A stretch of 64,000 bases of DNA. It comes from Vermamoeba vermiformis (Eukaryota). The first letter of the stretch is position 1. Each line of letters opens with the position of its first letter. A program made the translations under genes and the position numbers. The DNA lies in assembly GCA_045837725.1 (NCBI GenBank), contig JBEWZL010000124.1:1-64000 (forward strand), given 5' to 3'. Positions 9,430 through 24,300 of the stretch are shown here, in pieces. Below the pieces are notes generated by a model. The model was not told the origin of the DNA, made no database searches, and saw nothing but the letters and a program-made list of their open reading frames with translations.

Positions 9430-11952
9430 ATGACATTCTTAGCTTTGAAGACGAGAACTATCGTTTTCGTCATGGCTATCATAGTAAGTACAATAGCACT
9501 GGTATTTATTACATAGCTAATGTTACTGCCGATAATCGTAATGATATAAATTGAAACGACCGGGTGATCGGAAAAAGCAAATTATAAATAATTTATCGTT
9601 TAAAATTGATTATCAATATCAATCAACGCACCCTACCGAGTCGTGTTTTGACTAGGGCAGCAATCCAGCGGCGATTCACAGCGTGGAATTATTCAATTCG
9701 AAAGACTCCTATCGACAACTCCCGTCCACGAATTTTATTCCCGCTGGCTTTGCAGCCTTTATAATTATCGATAAAAGTACTGATCATGCTCCTTAGGCCT
9801 CAATTTTTGTCGGGCATTCATCGGCCTTGAATCTGATCATTTCAGATGGAAGTGGACTGAACGTTACAACTTTGCTATCGCCTAGAACGACAACTGGTCC
9901 TAGTAATTATAATATCACTGCCGTCCCTATTATTGCAGAGCCAGTAGATGCATGCACCGAATTCAAGAACGCTGCCGACATGTTGGGAAAGATCGTAATC
10001 GTCGAATGGGGCACATGCAGTCCTATGGTCAAAACAAGACTTGCCCAAGCCAACGGCGCATTAGTAAGTAACTGAAACCTCTTTAAGGTCCAATTTCGAT
10101 TCAATATTCCTTATTAAAGCAATAATTTTATTTACGATCCGGATCAGCACCGAAAACACCTGATTCAGTTTTTTAAAGAGATTGCCGCCTTAAAAATAAG
10201 ACTAATAGGATTATGAAACTTGACTAATCCTTATCTTTTTTGAATTCAACATTCTGATCCAAAAAAGTTCTATTTTTAAAACTGATCTTGAGTTTAAATT
10301 TATTCGATTCCTTCACTCACTAAATCCGATGACCAATACCATTTTAATTAATTAAAAATTTTATTTTTAGGCAGTTTTGGTTCGTGAACCTCTCGCAGTC
10401 GTTCCTGGTCAATACTTCAGTATGATCGACGGAACTGATCTTTCTGACATCGTGATTCCCATGCTTTACATTTCTCAACCCGTAAGTACAATTTGTAGAG
10501 ATATTGATTCAATCGCCAATCTCCCTTCTCGCAAAACGTATCAATTAAGTAATGTCAATTTTTCTTGTGGTGTACTACTTGCGTGATCCGAACAACCAAT
10601 TTATCGGTTCTAGCCCGTAGACTACCCCCTAAGTAATGCTTATATTTTTTCCTGTAGACCTCGGATGAGATCAAAAAAGCACTGGAATTGTCTGGGGTTA
10701 ACGTTGCCGTCAATATCTGGCCAGGTAAATATGAATGTCCCGTTATAGAGACAATTAAAGTTTTGCGATATTATTTGCACAGCAATCGGTCATAAAATAC
10801 TACTTGCTATTTTTAGTAATCGTGTTTCATTTGACTCACGTCTCACGTTTAAAAATAGAACCTGGACCGTGGGAGATCCAAAACGAAGGTTTCGGCGTTA
10901 TCATCTACTGGGCTCCTATTCAAGCTGGTCATTTGGCTCTCGCTATTTGGGCTTCATTCTTGCTCATTCAACACATCATTCAATATCAAAAGAAGAAAGT
11001 GTTGCCGCTCATTATTTTGCCAATCATCATCGTTTCCTCAATTGGTATGCTTATATCTATTAATTTCTATAATAATGGTGACTTACCCTTCGATCTTTAA
11101 GTTCGCATCTTCTTTTTCTTCATTACTGCTATGCTTCAATCGCGTGTGCCTGCCTTTAATTTGCCAGTCTACGCCACATTCATTCTCGCGCCGTTCTCTG
11201 AAGCCGTTTTGCAAGTCGCCTTTGCCTTGATCGCCTTCACTTGGTACGAGGCCATGACTCAAACCAAATCCGTTCCCAAGACTTTCAGCAAGATGCGTAT
11301 ACCTGCTATTATCTGCTCGGTTATTGTTGCTGGTGCTACTTCAGTCATCAACATCGTTTCTTCTGCGCTCTACTCGACGCTGATCATTGCGGTCACGGGC
11401 ATCATTGCGCTCTTGTTCTACATTGTAAGTATTGGTGCTCATTACGTAATCATTTTTAGCCGATAATAACGTACATATCTTATCAACAGGCCCTCTTTGT
11501 ATTGTACTTGGTTGCTGCTATTAAGCTCTATCGTATTTTGTTCCGTGCTGATGCTCACAGATCTACCGAACACAACGAAAAGATGCAGAACGTAAGTTTA
11601 ATTTAAAGTCATTAATTATGATATCGTTTACTTACCTCTATGATAGTTCATTCGACGTGTGATTGCCCTCTTGATCGCTATCTTTTTGAACTTGCTGGGT
11701 TCAATCTTCTTGTTGACGATGGGCTCAGATCCAGCCTTGTTCACCTGGTTCGTCTATCCCATCGGCCGTGGTGTATTTATCTTGATCTCGATGTACATTG
11801 CTACCTCGTTCTTCCAACTCTCCTACGTGCCTGCAAGCTCTAAGTCCAGATCCAAAGCCTCTGGCTCAGCCGATGGTTCTAAGAAGGGAACAACAGCCGC
11901 GGGCGACTCTACTAAGGGTGATGCCAGTGCCACCGTCTCGTTGAAGGCTTAA
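9430..11952 (+). CDS. Signal peptide + protease-associated (PA) domain + ~7-TM membrane protein
   Basis: Exon 9430-9483 joined to 9797 gives a hydrophobic leader. DAC...GKIVIVEWGTCSPMVKTRLAQANGALAVLV is a PA motif, followed by about seven hydrophobic segments and a Ser/Lys-rich tail. Confidence 0.75.
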
Positions 11953-12070
11953 TATGTGTATTTATATCGATAGAGCAGTTTTGAAAATGTACATAATAGT
12001 GCTCTATAAAAAACGACTATTGAAAACATTTAGTTTATTTAACCTAAGAGACTTTGTAGCAATTAAAGTC

Positions 12071-14970
12071 TTAGAAAGGAGTGGCCCAAGCTTAGAAAAC
12101 AGTATTAGTATGGAACTAAGGCATTGCAAAGTGATGGATCTACTTACCGACAAGAGTGAAGTGGGTAGCAGTGCTTTGAGAGACTTGGTAAGGGCTGCCG
12201 TAGACACCAATGACGATACGGCTGTCAATTGCGTCTTCGTATTCGAATTGAACCATGTGAGTAGAGCTAGCAGTCTGATCGGCAACGTCGTGTACGCTAA
12301 TAGATGGTTAAGTTTGTTTGGGCATAAATGGCGCAGCTACGTACTTCAAAGTGGGGATAGTGTCGTCAGAAGCAAAGAGCCAAATGAAACCACCATCACC
12401 GCTGGGGTTGTTCTCGCGCAAGTGAACGTAGATGGAAGAGCTGACAACGTTAAATGAGTAGTAGATCCAGTCATTGGAGCGCACTGAACCGGTCACATTT
12501 TGACCAACATTCAAGTGAGTAACACCTATGATAACACTATTAGAGCTGCCCTCTATTTAATCCGCACTATTACTTACTGCGAGTGCAATCAGCACCGGCA
12601 TAACCGCTGTCGCAGAGGCATTGGCCATTGACGCAACGACCATGATTGTTGCAGTTGCGCAAGCAAGTGCCTAGGCGCGAGTGCATTAGAGATTACATAA
12701 CATGAGTGAGACCGATAGTAACTTACTTGACTCGACAACGGTGACACGATAAGAGCAGGCAGTCCAGCCATAAACTCCAATCCAGAATGTACCTTGAAGA
12801 GGGTTGGGGATGGCAAGAGTGACGTTTTGACCGATGCGCTCGTCAGCGTAGTCGTAGTTGATGCGAGTGGGCTTGCCGTCCTTCTTGACATAGACGTCGC
12901 AGTCGTGGGTGGCGCTGTCTTGACTGATCACAACGGAGACCGTGCGAGCAGTGAAGGTTTGGAACACGTAGTAGTTCCAGGCATTGTCAGTGACAAAACC
13001 GCGCTCAGAAGTACCGAAGACCAAGGGGTCAGTCTCTGTGAAGAGTAAAAGAATGAGTTTCAATTCTGGATGAGACAAGTTTTACAAACTTACTAGTCTC
13101 GCAATAGTCGCCCAAGTAGCCAGCATTGCATTGGCAAGATTGGGTGTTGCCGCCACCGACGCAGTTGCCGTGGTTTGAGCAACGAGAAGGGCATTCAGCT
13201 GGCACGGAATACAGTCAGTCAAATGGTAACACCAATGATAACAGCACCAATCGAGCTATTAGTACTTACCGTCAGTAGTAGTGGCCTTGATGGTAAAGCT
13301 GCAAGCAGAGAAACCATAGACACCAATGTACCAGTAGCCACGATCGGCATCAGCAATGGCGACGGTAGAATCTGCAGCGAGAGTGGAGTTCAAGTAGTCC
13401 CTAAATATGAAGTGAGCTATTACTCGCAATGTGCTGATCCGTTACACGTACCAGTGGAAGAAGTCAGGAGTACCATCACGGCGGACGTACAGATCGCAGT
13501 CACCAGTGGTCGAAGTTTGGTGCATGAAAACAGTGAGCTTGTTGACCTTCTTAGCCAAGTTGAGCTGGTAGTATCTCCAATCACCAGTGGCGAGAGTGCC
13601 TTGCTTCTCTTGACCGACTTGCAAGTCTTCCTCGTCTAAACAAAACGGTTAGTTATTTGACCAAAAAAATGTATTTCCAACGGGCAAATTTAAGCGCACG
13701 TGCTATTGCATCGTGTCTAATACTTACGATGTTCGCAAGCGTCACCGAAATAACCGCTATAGCATCTGCAAGCACCGTTGAGGCAATCACCGTTGCCGTT
13801 GCAGTTTTGAGGGCAAGCACCAGTGACTACAGCTTGGAAAGTGTACGAGCATTCAGTGAAACCGAATACACCGGCCCACCAGGTACCACCGCGAGCATTG
13901 TCAACGCTCAAAGTGACGTTGGGAGCGAAAGAAATATCGCGCTTGTCGTAGTCATCGGATGTCGGTGCTTGAGCGTAACGAAGATACAAATCGCAGTCCT
14001 GGTCCTTAAGTGTTATTAATATGTTCTCGAGCATAAGATAATTTACAAATATCGGTCAAGCGGATAATAAATAAGCAAAGTACTTACACCAGTGCCGATC
14101 GTCTTCATGTGAACACTCAAAGAGTGAGTGCCTTGAGGAGGAACAGCGAAAGTGTAGAACTTCCATTGGAAGACACCAACGTTGTCGGAAATAAGTTGAC
14201 CAGAAGACACAGGAGTCATTTCTGCAAGATCAAGATTAGTACACGCACGATCGAAAAAATAAATTGTCAAGAATATCAATGCATGAAATCGCATATTTAC
14301 TGCCGCTTTTGCATTTTTGGTCTCGTTAATTGTTTTTTTCTGTTTAAAAGTTGCCGATGCGCAAGTTTTTCAAACTCACATCTTGTCCTTAAAGTAATTT
14401 GCACACAATAATTCTGTATCAAATTTAATAATATACTTACGGATAGAGCAATCATCGCCTTGCCAGCCAGTAATGCATCGGCAGACCTTGCTACCGTCGT
14501 TCAACTTGTAGCACTGACCGTGACCTGAGCAAGAGTTGGGGCATTGATCTTTACTAACGGGCGTGCCTTGGGCATTCACTATGTAATATTTGAACGTTAA
14601 TGGCGTGCAAAGAGCTGAGTTAGTATTCAAGGTGCCCGATCCAAGTAAATCAGAAAAATAAGTAAAATCTTCCAATAATTATTTGGTTACTGTTATTGCG
14701 GATTATATCGATATATATGTTGACACACAGTTATTTCAATTGCTAAGCAATTAATGTTGACGTTTTCTGCCAAGTCTGTCAGATACGAAAAATATTTCAT
14801 ATTGGTTATTGGATTACTGGTCAATAATTCACATATTTAGTTGTACAATTATTTGGGCATTATTATTTGCTCTGGGGATAAATTACAACGGTCAAAAATG
14901 AGCACTTACCGTAGACAGAAAATACTATGCAGATCAAAGCTGCAATAGCAAATGTTCGTGCTGTGATCAT
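12071..14970 (-). CDS. Secreted protein with alternating tenascin-type EGF repeats and PPC-like (prepeptidase C-terminal) domains
   Basis: Signal peptide [28 protein letters not shown]...[13 protein letters not shown] repeats; W.YY.F...DCDLYVR...P....YDY...W.IGVYG repeats; ends AWATPF*. Confidence 0.8.
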
Positions 14971-15339
14971 AATTATAGCCTTCACAACAAAAACAAAATT
15001 GAAGGACTGATGTTGCCTGATTGCGAGATCGACAAAAAAAACTACCAAAAAGTTACGAAGAGTTTTCCAAACCTCGCAAAAAAGCACTTTATTTGAAATT
15101 ACACAGAGTAGGTACATACACACATGTACCACTTCGACCTTTTGACCAAGTTCAGCTTGGACAGAGGGAGCTAATCAGCCGAAGATCGACGAACTAAGAT
15201 CCGGCTTGTATCTTTTGAATAGATGGAACTTTGCAAAACGTTCTCATATTTACCCGCTAATCCCAAAGATTATCTCGAAGCTCGAATGATACTAAAGCTA
15301 CAATAAATAGGATTTATGTACAAAATTACAAGTAGGGGC

Positions 15340-17129
15340 TTAATATTGCTTGAATATTAACGTCTTGGTCGGAAATACAATGGAGTTGCCAATGAACATT
15401 CCGACAGTAATTGACAAGGCGATCGTAATCATTTGAAAACTGAATCCAATACCTTGAACGATGTTGTCGGACAATATATTCGTCACACCACGCACACCTA
15501 TGCCGCCGGGTACCAATATAATAACGCCTGAGATGACGGCTGGGATCGACGGCTTGCCAGTAAACCTCGAGTACAAATTGCCGAACAAAACAACGGCGAA
15601 TGACGCAAGTACTGACGCTGCTTCAGCTGGGAAATAGAGGCCTGCAAAGTACGACACTAAGAATGCGAGAATGCTCGAGGCCAGCATTACAGGCCATTGC
15701 TTGTAAGATCCGCCGAGTAAAATGTTCAACGTAGCAGCTGTAAACATAGTTAATACCAGGACGCAGATTGCATCGTATTGAACTAGAGTAGCGTACCTGA
15801 TATCGGGTAGAAGTAAAAGTACCACCATACGTCAAAAGCAGGACACAGATCTACAATGTCTTCAGGGACCCACGCAGCTAATTTTGTGCCAATAACAATG
15901 CCTAGACCAAGTTCTACGGCCGTTAAGAACGCTGAAAATAATTTCGATGTGCCTGACACCATGTTACGCGTGGCTAATTCCGACACCGCAATAGTGATGC
16001 TGAAACCAGGTAATAGATACAAAATAGAGCTGAATATGATGCCTTTAGTGCACACTGGAGTAATTGAATAAGCAGCTCTAGACAGATACATCGTTGTTAG
16101 TATACATGCAGCTGTTGTGTAGCGAAACTTACCTCGCGCAAAAAGCAGCAACAACGGAGCAGACAAACTCCAAAATTCTTCCGAAACCTGTGAACTTGTC
16201 GCCCACAAAGCAGAGGCCACCGAGTATTGTCGCTATTATGAATGTGATTAACACGTCTAGCCAGCCACAGTTGAAAAATACTGGCCCAATAGCTGCTGAA
16301 CACACGGCGAAGGAGAGCAACCAGATTGCCTCTGATTATCAACTCGTTAATGCCAACTACATTATTTTGCAATAGTGCCTGGTTATTGGTGTAGGGATGA
16401 TAGCTTACTATTGACAACGGGTGGCTTCATTCGAATTTTATCGAGTTCTCTGATTGCGTCTAAATGATGGATGGATGTTAGAGTGATAGACCAAAGAATT
16501 CTCGCAAAGTAATAACTTACCCAATAAGGTAACTGCACCGCAAGCGACTTGATCACACAGCTCGTCTACTTCATCAAGTTTAGCTACATTCAAACCAGGT
16601 GCTACTCGTAGTACGTGCGTTTCGGACGCACGAGTCTCGGGGTTGCCAAATGTTATGATGATTAGCGTCGGCAACACTGCAAAATTTCCTTGAATATTAA
16701 ATCGGTGGCAGCACTGATCCATATTAAATTCCACTCGGTGAGCTGGAGCCTATGAATAGATTGATATCAGATAAACATGATCTAATGGTTATAAATAAAC
16801 ATACCCCGTATGAATGTAATGCGCGGCATAATTTTATCAGGAACGGAATGACAACATCCAAATCTTGATCCGTTAATGGCGGCGCGTGACCATTCTCCAC
16901 ATCAACTGTTTTCTTCTTCTTCTTCTTCCGTTTACAGCAATTTAATTCGGCATCTAGAAAAGTTGATAGACTTAGCGACAAGCAGACTTTTCCAACCGCG
17001 ATCCGACCAATAAACAATCGCAAACTTACAGCGTCGTTTTGATATAACTTTGCCCTTCTTTAATTGTCCAATATTTGGGTGCACTTCACTACTGCTGTCA
17101 TCGCTAGACCAATCCTGGGTCACAGACAT
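15340..17129 (-). CDS. ThrE-family threonine/serine exporter (Prm10-like)
   Basis: LCRALHSYG, RVAPGLNVAKLDEVDEL, SSILYLLPGFSITIAVSELATRNMVSGTSKL and GVIILVPGGIGV motifs; multi-TM. Confidence 0.85.
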
Positions 17130-17573
17130 GTTCTAGATCGTCGAAGAGGCGTTAATTCACCTTGATAATTTCGCATATATTATTGTAATAATTATTAAAA
17201 ATTATTATTATGTTCCCAGGCCAAACTGGGAATTTTGGTGCACCCGAATAAATTTGTTCTGATCCACATACCAAACGCGCAGGATCCATTCTGTCGATTG
17301 AATTCACTTAATATTCTATTATTTACATATAATACATGCTTGTGGCGCTCAGTGCTCGACGTAAATAAATTGACAGTTAGCAAAATTGCGAGTTTTGGTA
17401 CTTCGAGCCAAAAACGGAAAAATTGGTTCCCTTGAACAAACAGTAACTTGATGTTTATAATTAAGGTTTATATACTTCGAAAATGTACAAAAATTACAGT
17501 CAACTCGGTAGATCTTACTCTATCGACTTTGTGATGGCGTACCAAAGGGAGCTCTCTAAATAACTGATCCTAT

Positions 17574-18722
17574 TTACACCTTGAGCTTCTTTTGCTGATT
17601 TTCCCAATCTAGCTTCTCGCTTTCGTAGCGGCGTTTATCTTCTTTGGCCTTCTTTTGATAGATCTGTGTGGAGACAAACGCGATTAATTTAGATTAGCGA
17701 AGCAATTATTACTGAAATAGTGCTCACCTCCTTAGTCTTCAAATCCAAGTCAGCCCATTCGCCGTTGATCAGTTCTTTAATCGTGGTGCCGTTTGAGTGC
17801 GGGTGCTTCAACTTGAGCGCGGGAGTGCGTGCCTTGACGTAGATGGCGTAGGCATTCATCGGCTTCTTTGGCTCGGGCAATGCCTCGACCTTCTTGGCCT
17901 CCTTTTTAATTACACGCTCGTCCTTCTTAGTCTTGCCACCGCGGTTAGCATTGCTGCGGTGCTTGTCGTTTTCCTTGTCATCATCGCTATCCGAGTCAAC
18001 TTGCTTGCGAGCTTTGGACTGCGAAGAGGATTTCTCCACTGCCTTTGTAGTGGTTGCTTTGTGCTTGGAAGACAACTTCATTGAAGCCATACGGCTGGTC
18101 AACTCGTCAGCATCAGAGTCGGATTCAGCCTGTGATCTCGAGTCCTCGTCGTCTTCTGAGGCGCTATCCTCAGCCACCTCATAGTCTTCGGCGTCATCGT
18201 CCGAGTAATCCGTTTTGCTCTTTCTGGCGGCTACTTGTTTGGTAGCCTTTGGTTTTGCACTCGCAGACTTTTTAGGCTTGGACTCCTCAATAAAATCCTT
18301 TAAATGCGGCGTTAGTCTTGAACCGCAATATTACATAATAATATCAACTACTACCTGGATAGTATCGTCATCCTCATCGGATCCAGCGTCGCTTTTCTGG
18401 CAATAGAAAACATTGATTAACTTTTTGCAAATAAATAGTCTATAGCGTAGGCACCTACATAACCTCTCTCGAATAATTTTTTCTTTACGGAAAAATCGTC
18501 TGCGGCAAGTCCTCTATTGCGGGCATTAAATTCCTTTTCGTTTACTCCACGAATCTTGACTAGTGGACTAAAAGGCGATGCGGGACGAGCAGATTCAACG
18601 TCGCTCTCGCTTTCATAGGAGCTCTCGTCCTCGGATTCGGGGGCGTAGCTGTCCTCATCGTCATCTGAGAAAAATTCGTCGCTGAATTCGTCTTCGCTGA
18701 GTTGCTTGCTTCTCTTTGACAT
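17574..18722 (-). CDS. Acidic/low-complexity protein with C-terminal HMG box
   Basis: PEPKKPMNAYAIYVKARTPALKLKHP...IKELINGEWADLDLKTKE|IYQKKAKEDKRRYESEK. Confidence 0.85.
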
Positions 18723-18907
18723 TTCAAACTATGGAGTTTAGCGTCGTTTTGTGGTATTGCTAACAAAAAAATAAACTAAAGTTCAAATTGCAACGGTTAC
18801 AAAAAATTTGGCGCGGTTTTTGGCGCGGATTTTCGTATTTCCCTAGATACAAATGCCTTGTAGCCGTAATAAATAATTTATCGTTAGTATTTACATTTAA
18901 AAGGATA

Positions 18908-20973
18908 TTAATCCATATTCGTTTGTTTCGTCGTGACAAGTTCGGTGATGATAGTAACTGTACTGATGATACCAAAAGTGAGACCGGTAATGCCCACCAT
19001 GAATGGCGCAAAGTTTCTGAACGTCGTCAGGCGTTCAGACTTCAAAGTGTACTTCAGCTTAATGTACATAAAGGTCGGGAAGACGTAGGACAACAAGGTG
19101 AGCGAAGTGGACCCTAAGTGGAGATTAGTACGGGTATGCGTCACCAACGTTGAGTCATGGTCATACCTAGCAAGCTAAAAATGGTGACAATGGACGGGAA
19201 GAAAATAGCTAGAATAAAAGCAGAACTGACGACAACGGTGATAATGATGGCATTGCGACGGAAAGATAGCTTCTTGTCTGGGTCCATGTCACTCTTTCGG
19301 ATGGTGAATAACATGTTGATTGCGTGTCTGCACGGGAATGAAGACATAGGAAATGAGAAAATGATCGCTGCGGTCATAATCATTCGGATCAGGTTGATGA
19401 AAACTTGATTTTCAGGGTAGCTGTTCAAGATGTTGCCTGTTGTTAATTAGCCTCAGGTGGTGAAATAAAATTTACGATTGTAATATTACCTTCAGTCTTA
19501 GATCCAAATGTGCAATATCCAAGCTCGCCAATAATGGCGTACGCTACGAATACCATCACCATTGCAGCATGGATAGCCTGTGTGAAACATTAGTATCTAA
19601 TGCGAGTGTTCTCGTTGCCAAGTTGACTCGTACTCTATTGACTCGGTGCTTCGCCTCCTCCTTTACTTCGGAATAAGCTAACGGAAATCATTAGCTCAGG
19701 TAAACACTTCGCACTCATATCGATAGTACGTACCAGGCAACATCGTTGTGTGGCACGCGAACGCAAAAGTGAACAATGGTGTCGCGAAGAATATGTCCAT
19801 GTCCCACTTGAACGCTTGAAGGTCCCAAGTAGGAATAGTTCCATTGACTGCTTGCACGAAGAAGTATACAAAAACCATCACGGCAAAGATAAATATACCA
19901 GCAACGGAGAGAGCACTGCGTGCTTCACGTTAGAGTCATTGAAAGTATGCTGACAAGCAACTTACCTCGTGACGCGTAGATGGTCAAAATTGCGGAATAA
20001 GGCAAGCGGAAAAACAAAAACCAGAGTCATAATCAGCGTAATTAACCACCGCGAGCTGAGGACGTGATTGGCGAATCCGAACCATTCCATCACGGGCATC
20101 ATGAAGTCTCCAATGACAATCAGATATCCCGCACAACTACAAAGGGTGTTAGTTTTGACCTCACTAGAACACGGTTGACAAGCTACTTACACTCCAAAAT
20201 TTAACAAAATTGTGCAAACAGACACCTAGCAAAAAGAAGTCAGATCCGGAAACTCATTGATATGCTACGTACCATAATATATCCGGCAGTGCCGGCAAAT
20301 TCTCGCCCTAAAATCTCGTAATGTGACGCCATTTTTTCTCTGTTCCATACATTCACTAGTTCCGCACTCTTCACGAGCAAGTTTAATGTGTAATCAGCGA
20401 CCTGACCAGAATTAGCGCTCCAATGACAATAAAATAACGCACTGGGACTTACAAGGCCAAACAATACTAAAATAATAGCTCCGAGCGCATAGCCAGTAGC
20501 TTTGAAGGCGAAGGGAAGAGCGAGAAGGCCTAAACACGAAAATAATTAATACCTTATCGAAAATAGTATTTTCGAGCATAGCATCTATAAAATTATGTTA
20601 CAATTATTCCCTTTTCGCTAACACAATCGGGAAAGTCAATTATTAATTGAAAAAATTATTTAAAATTATTTGAAAATTAGACAGAGCACTAATACATATC
20701 ACATAAAATATTGTAAGAATATAATAGTTAGGGGGATTATTATTATTCATATGGTTTCATACCTGACCCGATCGCAGCATTAGACAAATTCAAACTAATA
20801 GACGGCAAGCCAGCAGTTTTTACTTGTTGATCAAATATTTCACGCACGGGATTATTGGACTTGGCATACGCATCCATGTCATAATCATCAATGGCATCGT
20901 CATCTAGGTCTTCGAGCTCTGTCTCATCAAATTGGTCGCCATTATCTACGAATTCAAACTTTTGACCACTCAT
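18908..20973 (-). CDS. Amino-acid transporter, AAAP/SLC38 family
   Basis: NLSNAAIGSG|LLALPFAF, YLIVIGDF, FAFACHTTMLP, GNILNSYP and FSFPMSSFPCR motifs; multi-TM. Confidence 0.9.
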
Positions 20974-21322
20974 CTTGTGTTCTACTATACAAATTGTGAT
21001 GAGCGAAAAATGTCGCGCGTGGAGATCAAAATAAATTTCGAATTTTCAAGTAAAACGGCTCGGAGGGCTAGTCTAGGATAAGCTTCGACGCAGTAACCTA
21101 ATAACCCTAATAAGATTTCTTATAGCCCTCAATGTAGAATGCTTTTGTTTTTCGCCGAGGAAGATAACGGAAATAGTTTAATTTTTTATCTCTGAATAAT
21201 CTCGATTGACACAACCACCGTTCAGCAGGCGGCTGCATGTTTATATTTGTATAATATGACGATGTTTCTCTGACTCATACCGCTGAATACAACCAATAGA
21301 GCAATATTAAAACACCAACTTC

Positions 21323-24300
21323 ATGGAGCAATCGAAAATTAAAGTTAAGAAAGGTAATAATTATATAATTGGATTTGTAATATTCGTACATCGTATTGTT
21401 ATTATTTTTGCTTACATTAAAGATATCAAGCGATTTTTTCTTTTTCGAGATGTAACGTTCTCATCAAGGCCACTTTATACACGTATTATTTATTTTGATT
21501 ATTAATCGGATTTTAAACAGAGGATAGAAGCGAAGAGGCCAAAAATGTTAAATCGGTGCTGATCAGAGAGGGTAATTTTGTAGGCTTACACTGCAAAAGC
21601 TTGCACGACGACTCATCTGTAAAGCGCAAATCCACAATGATATCAATATACACGGATTGCATAAAATACCACTTAAAGCACAAGAAGAAAGAAGTCGTTT
21701 CAATCCCGCTGGATTTAATCTGGTTGGTCCCCGATCCTAAAATGGATTCCAAAAAGTTCGATGACGCTAAAGAAGCTAAAAAGTCATTCGAATTGAGCGT
21801 TCCTGAAGGAAGAATGGTATTGGTAGCGAAATCGGAAGAAGAGAAGACTGAGTTCGTAAATGAAATCCAAAAGTTACTTAAAGATCACTTTGGAAAAGCT
21901 CCAGGTCAGTAGTTTTTACCTACCTAAGCAAATGAGAGCAAAATATACTGTATTTTTCTGTTTGCTTATCGCTCTGACAAATTTTAATGTAATTTCACTT
22001 CAGATGAGGTCAGATCTGTTTCGAAGTATACTTTCATACAAGGCTTCGGTTCCTACGAAGGAGAGTGGAAGAACGGAAAGGTAAGTACGCGCTGCATCAT
22101 CGGGCCATCAGTGAACTGGCAATAGGCTTCACTGGCACTGATACTGGCACGCTGACGTGATCCAAATTTAGACCAGTTAAAAATTTAAATTTTGTTTTAA
22201 ATAGATCCACGGTCGAGGCAAGTTTGTCAGTAGCGACGGCACGGTATTCGAAGGCGATTGGAACGGGTACGTATCGCACGAAGACATAAATGCTTGTGGC
22301 TTACGCATGTCCAGCGATCTGATGGCTGGCTTTGGAACCATTGTGCTGCCTGTCGATGAAAACGCCGCCTCAAGCGGCATAGCGCGAATGGAACGCATGT
22401 ATCAGGTAATACCATCATTTAATAGCAAGAACACAACTGACAGCTGATTTTAGTGCGGATGGAAGAGCAACTTGCCTTTCGGAACCGTGAAAGAATTCGG
22501 CGAGAAATATCCACTGCCTAATGAGGAAGACAACTCATTTCCTCCCGACGCTTCACTGACAGAGTCTGACATCCGGCTCTTGCTGACAGGTGCCGTTGTC
22601 AAAAATTACAAAAAAGGAGATATCATTTTAGCGCAAGGAGATGCGAACAAACGACTTTATAGGTAAGTGCTAACTGATAGTAAGGACTAAATGCCTAACG
22701 TCAAAAAACAGAATCAAGTCTGGCACGATCATTCTTCAAAAGGAAGTTGGAGGCAAGCAGACGATCATTGCGCGCATGGGCGCTGATGCTACATTCGGTG
22801 AAATGTCAGTGCTCGACAAGCAGATCATTTCTGCCACTGTGATTGCCGACAGCGATAAAGTCGAGTTGTACGTTATGGAAGTGAATGGTGTCTACGATTT
22901 GTTCAAGTCAAGGTACGTGCGATTCTCGTGCGATGTTACAATTTAAGCAGGCATTGACGCTTTATATTAGTCCTGGCTTGTCTCGTCGTTACCACAAGTT
23001 AATGTCCTTCATGTTGGCGCAACGCCTCGGTGGCCTTCACTCAGGACCCAGCCCAAAGTGGGTCGAAAAGAAGGACCAAGAGGACGAGCCACTTGATGGA
23101 ATTGCTCGCAAGACAACTCACAGCTTCTCAGTAAGTAATGCACGTATTGTATTGATGTCGTGTTGTGGTTCTGACCAGCCTAAAGGACCTGCTTGTCACG
23201 AACTTTGAAGCCGATGAGCCACAGTCACAAGAAGAGGAGTCTCCTCAAATGACTCTCACCAAGAGATGGCTTGCGGCCTGGAACAACAAGAACATTAAAG
23301 ATATCGCCATATTCTTCGCGAAGGACGTAATCTATCGTGATCCATTCATTCCTCAAGGCTGTCAAAGCAAAGCCAATCTGTTGAAGCACATCACCAAGAT
23401 GTTCAACAAGTACCCGACGTGGAAGTGGGAAATCTTAGAGTTATCTAACGTGCAAGAGAGTAGGTCTAATTGTCGTGCATAGTTTTACTGATCATCGATT
23501 AAGGTTTTTCTTTATCAGCTGGTTTTGCGCTTCGATGCAAAGTCATTATCAGTACTAACTCAGCGACTCTCAAAGAACATTCGTTGAGCTTAATTGTTGT
23601 CAACGAGTTCTTGGAGATTTTGCGGTGTGAGATCTATTTTGACACTTCGGCAATGATCGAAAAGAGTTTGTCGGTGTCAATTGAAAAAGAGAAAGATCAC
23701 GACTCTGCCGAAAAGTCTGAAATTCCAACTTTGGTGAGTGATTCGAAAGTTAATTAATCGAAGCATTCAATCTGACCCTTGTTCGTTTACAGCCATTGAC
23801 AATGATTGACTCGCCTATCAAGCAACGAAAGATTGACATCAAATATGCAGAGAAATTCGGATTACCAAAATCGGAAATACTCATCAAAGAATACACGTGC
23901 TCTCTAACTGTCGGTATCAGCCCGAAAAAGAATACTGGCACCATGTACATTAGCAGCCGGGTAAGTCACACTTCCTTCAAAAACACGTTATTAATAATGT
24001 CAGTATGTTTGCTTCTTCTCGAAAGTGTTCGGTTTGAAGACGAAAGAAGTTCTCTCGATCAAGTCACTCAAGTCTATCAAGCGCAAGGGCAAGACAATCA
24101 TGCTCAAAGTGTTCAGAAAGGATCAAAAAGAAGACGTAGATTTGGACAGCAACAAACACATTGAGGTACGTTGCAATGTGAGCTTAGTACGAGTCATATT
24201 AACGTGGCACAGTATACTTTCTCGTTCTCGGACGCGACTGAAGAGGACGTCGAAGAAGTGTACGTGCTGATCAAGCATATCTTCACGGGCATGGAACACG

